From a virus: a stretch of DNA of 64,000 nucleotides. The notes under the pieces are model-generated. The model was not told the origin of the DNA. It saw nothing but the letters and a program-made list of their open reading frames with translations, and ran no database searches. The stretch covers positions 1 to 64,000 of IMG/VR virus record IMGVR_UViG_3300024312_000003. One strand, 5' to 3'. This document shows positions 29,056 to 36,730 of this stretch, piece after piece (the first letter of the stretch is position 1; every line of letters starts with the position of its first letter). Made by a program: the position numbers and the translations under genes.

Positions 29056-30708
29056 ATGAGCACTACATACGATTTTGATCCGACAGGAACTAACCTGGCA
29101 AACAGAGTGGTCGGTGAACAACACGTCGTCAACTCTTTAGACTTCAGAGAATACAATTTTGTAATACCTAAACTGGCTCCCTTCTTTGGAGAAAACGCAG
29201 TCATCAGCTTTACTGATGTCAATGGCGTTACCAGAGTATTGAATGAAGGTGTCGATTTTGTATTCTCGCATCAATTTATTCAAGCTTCTAAAGCTACTGC
29301 TAAGCCAGTCTTTGGATCGATAACTTTTTTAAATAACGCAACCACTGGTGTTGTTAATATTACCTACAATACAATTGGTGGTATTTGGACAATCAGTGAA
29401 ACCGAAATAGCCACAATCATTGCTGAGGCTCTTTATAATCCGAGAGTGACCAGTTGGGAACAAGTTGTTGAATTACCAATCATGTTCCCAGTGATTGATC
29501 ATGAATGGAATACAACCGATCTAATTGGTGCTTCGGATGTGGTCGCTTCTATAGAGGCCGTCAGAGATGCAGTTCTCGCATCTTCAGGCTCTCCTAACAG
29601 CGGGCACTTTACCGACACCAATAACCCACACCAGACAACCAAGGCTCAAGTCGGTTTAGGTAATGTTCAAAACTATCCAATAGCAACCAGCACTGAAGCT
29701 CTGGCTGGTTCATCAAATGCAACATACATGACTCCAGCTCTTGTTAAGCTGGCGATCGACTCTGCATCAAACATACCTCTGCAACAACACATTCAGAACA
29801 CCAACAATCCTCACGCCACCACTAAGGCGCAGGTTGGTCTAGGTAATGTTGATAATTATGCTACCGCAACTGTAGCTCAGGCTCAAGCAGGTACTGCTAC
29901 GAATTTATTTGTTACTCCAGCCGGTGTTAAAGCTGTTTCGGATATAGTTCAGCAACTATTACAACAGCACGTAGATGATCAAAATAATCCGCACGCCACT
30001 ACGAAAGATCAAATAGGTTTCGTAAATCTCAGAGACTATCCGATTGCGACTCAAGCGGAAGCTGAGGCAGGATTATCTTCTGAAAGATATATGTCTCCTT
30101 TGAGAACACGACAAGCAATAGATGCATTGGCCGTTACTCCTCTGAGTAGTCACGTTAATAACATTGCTAACCCACACCAAACTAATAAAGCTCAAGTGGG
30201 ATTAGGTAATGTTCCGAATTATGGCGCAGCAAGTGATACCGAAGCTATTGCTTTGGCCGCTACAGATAAATTAATCACTCCAATTACTCTTGGAGCTGCT
30301 TTATCTAAGTATAATTTTGGCTTTCCAGGTTTGACCGCCACAACCATAGCGCCGGTACTTCCAGCAGCATATAGCGGGCTCAGACTTGCCAGAATAGACA
30401 ACACCACAATCGATTTACAGACCACCCACGCGTCGCTGGCATACATGGCTTGCCCAAGTAACATAAACGATGACGCTGCTCAATCTGATTTCTTATATCG
30501 ATATACCGATCCCTTGAATCCAAATGGATCCCGCGCTCAAAATGGTCGCTATCTGAAAATGCCCCCTGCCGGGTACTTCCAAAGACCATACGATGCCGCT
30601 ATCTCCGGGGCTAATCCTTATAAACTTCAAGAAAACCAATACGCATATGCGACAGGTTCTGAAAATGGACCTAAGTCATATCCAGTTTATGTTTGGATAT
30701 GGTACTAA
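29056..30708 (+). CDS. Tail fibre with four H-x5-NPH-x-T-x-K-x-Q repeats and a degenerate collar-like C-terminus
   Basis: Repeats NPHQTTKAQVGLGNV, NPHATTKAQVGLGNV, NPHATTKDQIGFVNL and NPHQTNKAQVGLGNV; N-terminus YDFDPTG. Confidence 0.8.
   Translation: MSTTYDFDPTGTNLANRVVGEQHVVNSLDFREYNFVIPKLAPFFGENAVISFTDVNGVTRVLNEGVDFVFSHQFIQASKATAKPVFGSITFLNNATTGVVNITYNTIGGIWTISETEIATIIAEALYNPRVTSWEQVVELPIMFPVIDHEWNTTDLIGASDVVASIEAVRDAVLASSGSPNSGHFTDTNNPHQTTKAQVGLGNVQNYPIATSTEALAGSSNATYMTPALVKLAIDSASNIPLQQHIQNTNNPHATTKAQVGLGNVDNYATATVAQAQAGTATNLFVTPAGVKAVSDIVQQLLQQHVDDQNNPHATTKDQIGFVNLRDYPIATQAEAEAGLSSERYMSPLRTRQAIDALAVTPLSSHVNNIANPHQTNKAQVGLGNVPNYGAASDTEAIALAATDKLITPITLGAALSKYNFGFPGLTATTIAPVLPAAYSGLRLARIDNTTIDLQTTHASLAYMACPSNINDDAAQSDFLYRYTDPLNPNGSRAQNGRYLKMPPAGYFQRPYDAAISGANPYKLQENQYAYATGSENGPKSYPVYVWIWY
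29833..29864 (+). repeat. 32-nt exact repeat shared by two tail-fibre genes (second copy 31399-31430)
   Basis: GTTGGTCTAGGTAATGTTGATAATTATGCTAC at both positions. Confidence 0.9.
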
Positions 30709-30741
30709 AAACAAAACAGACCTGCTGCATAGGAGAATTAA

Positions 30742-32163
30742 ATGCCTTTAACACCAGTAAGATACGAATTAGATATAACCGGAGTTAATCCGAATAATAA
30801 AGTAACAGCAGAACCACATACTCTTAGCAATAGAAATGTGCGAGCCATCGCTTTAGAGTTCGGTTTATTCTTTGCTGACTCAGTTCAGATTAAAGATGTC
30901 GCAACTGATACTTATTTAAATAACACTCAATTTCAATCAGTTGAATTTCAAGTATTTCCATCAGCAAGATATGGTAAGAACATTTGTGGTGTAATCATCA
31001 TAACTGATCCTGCTGTTTCTCAGAATGTGGAAGTCACCTATCAAGTTCTAGGTGGTGAGTATACTTCTAATTCTAGCACCATAGTTAACATGCTTCAGAA
31101 TCTAGATTTAGATTCGAGACCTGTTAATTGGCCCTTGATCCTACACAAACCTTCCGGATTTAATCCGGCTCCACACTACCACGACATTGGTGATGTTTAT
31201 GGTTTTGAGTACATAACTCACGCTCTCGAAAGATTGAGAACGGCAATTCTGATAGGCGACGAAGCAGCCCATGACGAGTTGAGAAGATACATAGACCAAT
31301 GGGGTCAGACTCTAAACGGAATGATAAATTCCAGCGGTCAAAACATATCTGGACACACTACGGATACAAACAATCCTCATAACACAACTAAAGGACAAGT
31401 TGGTCTAGGTAATGTTGATAATTATGCTACAGCTAGCACAACAGAAGCACAAGCAGGTACGGCGAACAATAAGTTCATGACTCCTTCATTGGTTAAGCAG
31501 GCAATCGATCAATTTGCTGCTCCTCTTAACCACACTCATACTTTTGCTTCCTTGACTTCGAAACCAACAACACTTGCTGGTTATGGAGTTAATTTTGTTG
31601 ATGTTACTGGAGCCATAACGACTGGAACAAATGTTAAGGTCAATGCCGCTGGAGGTAATTATTCTCAACTCAATTCTACGGAAGTTAGCTTCGTAGGAGC
31701 GAACACTTATAAGCAAGGTGGAATAAGCTGCACTACGAATATTGGCTTGAACAATGGTGGTACAATTGAGTATCAGGCAGCCAATCACTCCTTCTTAGGT
31801 AATGTGGGTTCTACTGGAGATATAACCTATTACGCCTCTGACGAGCGTTTAAAGCAGAACATAACTCCAATAACTGATGGTTTGAGTAAGCTTATTAAAA
31901 TAGGAGCTTATCGATACAATTGGGATGTTGAGAAGTGCTCCGAACTAGGCTTTACTCCCGAGAGATATCAAGAACACGGATTGATTGCTCAAAAAGTAAA
32001 TGAGGTGTACCCAGAAGCAGTGGGTCCTACTTCTTTCAGTCCTGAATATTTAACTGTTAAACATCACCGCATGGTTCCTCTGTTAATATCTAGCGTTATA
32101 GAACTTAACGATAGACTTAAGAAAGCAGAAGAACAAATAAAGATTCTTTTGGAGAATAAGTAA
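30742..32163 (+). CDS. Tail fibre with C-terminal intramolecular chaperone (peptidase S74-like)
   Basis: YYASDERLKQNI...YRYNW...GLIAQKV..VYPEAV...VPLLISSVIEL; N-terminus paralogous to the preceding gene. Confidence 0.85.
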   Translation: MPLTPVRYELDITGVNPNNKVTAEPHTLSNRNVRAIALEFGLFFADSVQIKDVATDTYLNNTQFQSVEFQVFPSARYGKNICGVIIITDPAVSQNVEVTYQVLGGEYTSNSSTIVNMLQNLDLDSRPVNWPLILHKPSGFNPAPHYHDIGDVYGFEYITHALERLRTAILIGDEAAHDELRRYIDQWGQTLNGMINSSGQNISGHTTDTNNPHNTTKGQVGLGNVDNYATASTTEAQAGTANNKFMTPSLVKQAIDQFAAPLNHTHTFASLTSKPTTLAGYGVNFVDVTGAITTGTNVKVNAAGGNYSQLNSTEVSFVGANTYKQGGISCTTNIGLNNGGTIEYQAANHSFLGNVGSTGDITYYASDERLKQNITPITDGLSKLIKIGAYRYNWDVEKCSELGFTPERYQEHGLIAQKVNEVYPEAVGPTSFSPEYLTVKHHRMVPLLISSVIELNDRLKKAEEQIKILLENK

Positions 32164-33188
32164 TGGCTACTGCAACTGCAACTATTTCAGTGGCGGTTAT
32201 AAAGCAGCCGCAATACTTAGGCTCCGGTACGGTTGCTGCTAATAGAGTAAGCATGGGTGATTTAAAGAATGTTTACGGCGGCAATACAAATCCAAAGATT
32301 TCAGAATACTACTCTGGAGGTAATTTTGTCTCTAAACCACCTCCAGTTAGTGCTTCTCAAAATGGAGTGATTCCAGAAAATGGTGATATAAGTTTGGGTA
32401 AGTTTCTGGGAACAACAAACGAATATCTTAATACCATTGAATATCCAATCATCAGTAGAGCCGGTAATTGGAGATTGTATTTACCTAAACTACCATCTGG
32501 TTGGCCTTCTGCCAAACTAGCAGGAAGATTGATAGGTGGCGGAGGTGGCGGAGGTGGCGGTTGGGGTAACGGAGCACCAAATCACGTAACTCCAGCCGCT
32601 GCCGGTGGTGGTGGTGGCAGTGGTATTGATATAGACTTAACTACTTTAAACACTAATTTTAATACCAACCAAATGACTAAGGTTGATCAAATAGCTGCTT
32701 CTGAAGCTAGTTATTTTGACTTAGTTATAGGTGGTGGTGGCGGTAGAAGCTGGAGTACTGGAGACTGGAATAACGGAGGAGATACTTCGCAACATCCGGG
32801 CGGTGCTGGCGGATATAGTTATTTAAACCTATACAACAGAAGTACTGGACAATCCTCTAATATTGCGACTTCTCCCGGCGGTAACGGTGGTGAAGGAGGT
32901 ACTTATGGATGGTCTAATGCCGGATATACTGAAGGTGGATGGCCTAATGGTGGGCGAGGTGGTGCCGGTAGAGGCGCTTGGTTCACTGGTGGTAATGGCG
33001 GCGGTAACAGTTTAGGCGCTGGTGGTAATGGCGGTTACGCTGATGGATGGGGCTCAGACGCTGTCAATCCGGGAACTGGAGGCGGTGGCGGTGGAGCCAG
33101 AGCTGTCAGTTCGGATTATGGCGATGGCGCGCCAGGAGGCAATGGTGCTGCTGGTTATGGAAGAATAATACTACAGAAGGGTACATAA
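32163..33188 (+). CDS. Glycine-rich adhesin-like tail-tip protein (gp38-like architecture)
   Basis: N-terminal ISEYYSGG...GDISLGKFLG motif and many poly-Gly runs with Trp/Tyr; TAATG coupling to the fibre gene. Confidence 0.7.
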   Translation: MATATATISVAVIKQPQYLGSGTVAANRVSMGDLKNVYGGNTNPKISEYYSGGNFVSKPPPVSASQNGVIPENGDISLGKFLGTTNEYLNTIEYPIISRAGNWRLYLPKLPSGWPSAKLAGRLIGGGGGGGGGWGNGAPNHVTPAAAGGGGGSGIDIDLTTLNTNFNTNQMTKVDQIAASEASYFDLVIGGGGGRSWSTGDWNNGGDTSQHPGGAGGYSYLNLYNRSTGQSSNIATSPGGNGGEGGTYGWSNAGYTEGGWPNGGRGGAGRGAWFTGGNGGGNSLGAGGNGGYADGWGSDAVNPGTGGGGGGARAVSSDYGDGAPGGNGAAGYGRIILQKGT

Positions 33189-33424
33189 TGGCACTATCCA
33201 TAGCTCAAGACTATCTTGGTGTGATATTCGTTAAAGACGTGCAAGTCGATTTCACAGCTGTGCGAATAACATCCAGCATAGGACTAGTAACCGCATCCAT
33301 ATCTCCAGCATTACCAAATGGACTATCTTTAAGTGTTGTCTCTGGTAATGTAAAAATAACAGGTAAGCCAACTGTTGATGTTAACATGGCGGATTATGTT
33401 ATTACAGTTAATGACCAGTCATAA
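33188..33424 (+). CDS. Small Ig-like (He_PIG-type) domain protein
   Basis: 78 aa from ATG 33188 (TAATG overlap); LPNGLSL...ITGKPT...YVITVND. Confidence 0.65.
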   Translation: MALSIAQDYLGVIFVKDVQVDFTAVRITSSIGLVTASISPALPNGLSLSVVSGNVKITGKPTVDVNMADYVITVNDQS

Positions 33425-33425
33425 C

Positions 33426-33457
33426 AGCATAAAGAGGGGAATTCCCCTCTTTATGCC
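33426..33457. repeat. 32-bp palindrome (31/32 match)
   Basis: AGCATAAAGAGGGGAATTCCCCTCTTTATGCC between convergent genes. Confidence 0.95.
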
Positions 33458-33462
33458 TTGTG

Positions 33463-34059
33463 TTATTTTAGGGATTGATTATAAACCCTAAATACTTCTT
33501 TGTATATGTTTCCAATTTTCTGTCTCTCATCTTCTAATTGAGTACTTCCCTCAATTAGTTCAATGTATTTAAATGGAATTTTTGGAATGTCTTGATTTAG
33601 ATTATCTTGTATTTCTAAATCTATTTTTATCCATGTTTCTCCATTAAGTTTATTAGTGCTCGTATCTATTTCAAATTTAAACTTAACGCCTTGTTCATTT
33701 TCAACAGGTATGAAGTATCTTCTCTTTAACAGACCATCAGGACAAATGGTCTTGAACATCTGAAATATATCGTTCGTAACAGGTAGTGAAGCTTCATTAC
33801 GTCCAGTTTGTTCTTTTGTTTTAATTGTTTGGACGTAAGTTACAACTCCATCTTTATTGATGGTTTTTCTGCAACGAACAGATCCAAGCATTACATCTTT
33901 ATTCTTAGAAGGAATACCCCATTGTTCTTGATCTTCCCAACCTTGTGACAAATTAATTATCTCGTCTAGATTTTCCACACGAGCGTAGTATTCTAATTCT
34001 ATTTCTTTTCTGGAATTTCCATCGGAAATATCTTCCATCGATATTTTTAAATGTTTCAT
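33463..34059 (-). CDS. CYTH-like (triphosphate tunnel metalloenzyme) protein
   Basis: EIELE, RCRK...QTIK, KRRY, FEID and IDLEI motifs; start trimmed to MKHLKISMED. Confidence 0.7.
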   Translation of the reverse strand: MKHLKISMEDISDGNSRKEIELEYYARVENLDEIINLSQGWEDQEQWGIPSKNKDVMLGSVRCRKTINKDGVVTYVQTIKTKEQTGRNEASLPVTNDIFQMFKTICPDGLLKRRYFIPVENEQGVKFKFEIDTSTNKLNGETWIKIDLEIQDNLNQDIPKIPFKYIELIEGSTQLEDERQKIGNIYKEVFRVYNQSLK

Positions 34060-34099
34060 TATTTCTAAAGAAAATGATTGATCTATACAATAATGAAAC

Positions 34100-34133
34100 G
34101 GCATAAAAAAGAGATGGAGTTACCCATCTCTTT
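34100..34133. terminator. Terminator hairpin with GGCATAAA shell
   Basis: GGCATAAA then AAAGAGATGG / CCATCTCTTT arms. Confidence 0.75.
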
Positions 34134-34139
34134 CAAGAT

Positions 34140-34433
34140 TCAGCTGAGTATGAATTTAGTCAAATCAACGAATGAGCTTAGAAAAGAACCCAGTAGACTT
34201 TCATTGAAAGGTTTACCTTGAACAACAACAGTGTAGCTCATTGATAAAACAATAACAGTAAAAGAAAATACCAGAGAACCAACTAGAGATTTAATAACCC
34301 AATGCTTTAGCTCTCGATTATCTCTATTTTGTTCGTACTCTTCTCTATGTTTAAAAATATTCCACGGATAGGGTTGTCCGTGTGTTTTGGGCACTTCTTG
34401 CCCTTGATTATCTTTATTTAGTTCTTGAGTCAT
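34140..34433 (-). CDS. Membrane protein, holin/antiholin candidate
   Basis: 97 aa, one clear TM (SLVGSLVFSFTVIVLSMSYTVVV) plus an amphipathic C-terminus; lies next to the spanin-like genes. Confidence 0.45.
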   Translation of the reverse strand: MTQELNKDNQGQEVPKTHGQPYPWNIFKHREEYEQNRDNRELKHWVIKSLVGSLVFSFTVIVLSMSYTVVVQGKPFNESLLGSFLSSFVDLTKFILS

Positions 34434-34448
34434 ACTGCACCCCTATCG

Positions 34449-34781
34449 TTACTTAGGTAATGCCTTATCTGATTCTTCTGCAGCTTTTTCTTGGTTAAGC
34501 TTCCACTGTCGAATATTAGAAAAACGGACATTACATAAGATTATTGATTTCTGATGTTCTGTCAATGATGCAAACAGTATTCTTTCTTTTTCAGAAGGAA
34601 GAGAATCTAGATACGTGTCTATATCTGGAGGAGTTGGTAACTCACAGCCTTTGAGCATTTCTTCAGGAGGAGCAATAACTGTTGTCTTATGTTGAACAAC
34701 GGTTATTACTTTATCCTCTCCTCTATTGATGATGCCGGTGAGGATACCTAAAGCAGCAATTACAGCTAAGAGGATTTCCAT
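34449..34781 (-). CDS. o-spanin-like protein lacking the lipobox Cys
   Basis: Signal-like MEILLAVIAALGILTG-I; APPEEMLKGCELPTPP is typical of Rz1-like proteins. Confidence 0.5.
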   Translation of the reverse strand: MEILLAVIAALGILTGIINRGEDKVITVVQHKTTVIAPPEEMLKGCELPTPPDIDTYLDSLPSEKERILFASLTEHQKSIILCNVRFSNIRQWKLNQEKAAEESDKALPK

Positions 34782-34790
34782 GATTTTAAC

Positions 34791-35243
34791 TCACTTACAT
34801 CTTTCGTGTTGTGGATTTTGCTTGCAATAGAAAAGCCAAGCTCCCTTTATGCGTTCCGAACTTATTTCACGTTCCATTGCAATTTTATTCGCATCGGTCT
34901 TTGGAAGAGCATCGTACTTCTTAATGATTGCTGTAATCTTTCTGTCAATGTCTCTCTCAATACCGCTCAGAATCTCATTTTTTTCCTGTAGATCTCGAGA
35001 CAATTGTTTAATTGTCTCTTCACTTACTTTTTGAATGCGATTCTTAGATTCAATATCTTTTTCAAGATTAGCTTTAGCAATCAACAAAGAATTATTTTCA
35101 ATGCTTAGATTGGTTAGAGCGGATTGTTGTTGCTTATACAGAAAAGCGAAAGTTACACCAACTATCAAAGCTATCAAAGTTATGATAAGCATCAATCTGT
35201 TAAGAACATTACTCATAAATGAATCACTGTTGGGTTTTTCCAT
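34791..35243 (-). CDS. i-spanin-like protein
   Basis: N-terminal TM, long coiled coil, two C-terminal Cys. Confidence 0.65.
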   Translation of the reverse strand: MEKPNSDSFMSNVLNRLMLIITLIALIVGVTFAFLYKQQQSALTNLSIENNSLLIAKANLEKDIESKNRIQKVSEETIKQLSRDLQEKNEILSGIERDIDRKITAIIKKYDALPKTDANKIAMEREISSERIKGAWLFYCKQNPQHERCK

Positions 35244-35833
35244 TTTAACATTTCCTTATCAAAGTTCTCTTTGAGTTTACGATATTTCCAATAAGCTATA
35301 GCTATAGCGTCTATTGAATGTTCGTCCAATTTATCTAAACTTACTTCTCCAACGTAGTTGAGATTATTAAGTTTTAAGATGGCTTCTTGAACTTGCTCTT
35401 TTTTGGCATTACCTTTTGCACCAGTTGCAATTTTAGCAGTAGGTGGATCGACCAATTCAAGAGACAATAATCTAGAATATTCAAAACAAGCATATCTGAT
35501 TGCACAAACCACCTCAGTTAATGCAGCGAAAGCGCTTGGTCTTCTTGAATTATAAAAAGGAGACTCACAAACAATTGATATTGGATTTACATCACAGAGT
35601 ATCGAAATGATGTTTTGTTTATGAGCTTCTATTCTTGCAAATTTATCGCCAAATATTGAGGCGATTTCTTTAGACATTCCTAGTTTAGAACCTATATATG
35701 TCTTCGATGTTGTTTCTATTATTTCGAATGTGGTGACGTCTATATGCATGACACATAGACCCAGGGTTTCGGACCCTGGGTCTATGCCTATGATGCTACC
35801 AACATTACCAGCTTGAGCTGGTAACAAATTCAT
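35213..35833 (-). CDS. ruvC: RuvC-like Holliday junction resolvase
   Basis: IIGIDPG, VCESPF, AKKEQV and SIDAIAIA give the D-E-D-D catalytic pattern. Confidence 0.88.
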   Translation of the reverse strand: MNLLPAQAGNVGSIIGIDPGSETLGLCVMHIDVTTFEIIETTSKTYIGSKLGMSKEIASIFGDKFARIEAHKQNIISILCDVNPISIVCESPFYNSRRPSAFAALTEVVCAIRYACFEYSRLLSLELVDPPTAKIATGAKGNAKKEQVQEAILKLNNLNYVGEVSLDKLDEHSIDAIAIAYWKYRKLKENFDKEMLKWKNPTVIHL

Positions 35834-35835
35834 AC

Positions 35836-36681
35836 TTAACCAACAAACGACCAAAGTGGCTCTGTTGCACCAACATCCAAAGCAACAGAAGTACCATTGT
35901 TCGCAGCCGAAGCAGGAATAAGGGTTGAAACAAAAGATGCAATTTGAGTTGCTATTGTTTCGTTAAAGTTAAACGTACCACCGTTAGAAGCATTGACCGT
36001 TATAACACGATCAATACTATAGCATAGTCCGATCTCAGAGATGATCGCATACCCTTCATCATTATAGATGATTTGTGCAACATTCTTAAATTCAGCAATA
36101 TCGTCAGCTGTCAAGCTTAGATTAAGTCTTGCAGCAACAGTGGTGTAATCACCATCGACAGTATTGGTGCCGTTGTTATTAATTGCTGGAGGAGTGGGAT
36201 TTAGATTCGATGCAGTGGGAACAAACGAGCTGGATGTTTCTTGTCCGTTTTGAATGTTCTTCTCTTCCATGGTTACGGTTAGATTGGTTTTATCTATCCG
36301 ACGACCATAATACGCAATATAGGAAGTACCGTTATGCGTTTCTGTTCTTCTGAGACAATACTTAGCTCTTTGAACTGGAGACAAGTCGTTGTTGGTTTCT
36401 CTTAGAACAAAGGGAAGTTGATTATACAGGCTTGCATCAGTACCCCGATGCACTACTGGTTCAGGTTTAGCAATACCATTAGCCCCAACCGAGAATGAGT
36501 GACCGCCATTACCAATCACATAACATGCAATCGAAGGGAATTCACCGGCTGAAGGTAACGTGCTCGCTAAGATGCTGAGTTTTTCATTTACTCGTGTAAA
36601 TTCCTTGTATTCCGGATCTACTTTGAGAGAGAGGCAAGTTTGAATATAACTGCCGTATATCGATCTTGTGTTATTGTCCAC
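35836..36681 (-). CDS. Virion structural protein (phiKZ gp139-like)
   Basis: 281 aa, GTG start; IGNGGH and IISEIGLC motifs; assignment partly from gene order. Confidence 0.55.
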   Translation of the reverse strand: MDNNTRSIYGSYIQTCLSLKVDPEYKEFTRVNEKLSILASTLPSAGEFPSIACYVIGNGGHSFSVGANGIAKPEPVVHRGTDASLYNQLPFVLRETNNDLSPVQRAKYCLRRTETHNGTSYIAYYGRRIDKTNLTVTMEEKNIQNGQETSSSFVPTASNLNPTPPAINNNGTNTVDGDYTTVAARLNLSLTADDIAEFKNVAQIIYNDEGYAIISEIGLCYSIDRVITVNASNGGTFNFNETIATQIASFVSTLIPASAANNGTSVALDVGATEPLWSFVG

Positions 36682-36730
36682 GTTTTTTCCTTACAAAGAT
36701 AATCAAAATATTTAAAATCAAAGTAAAAAA

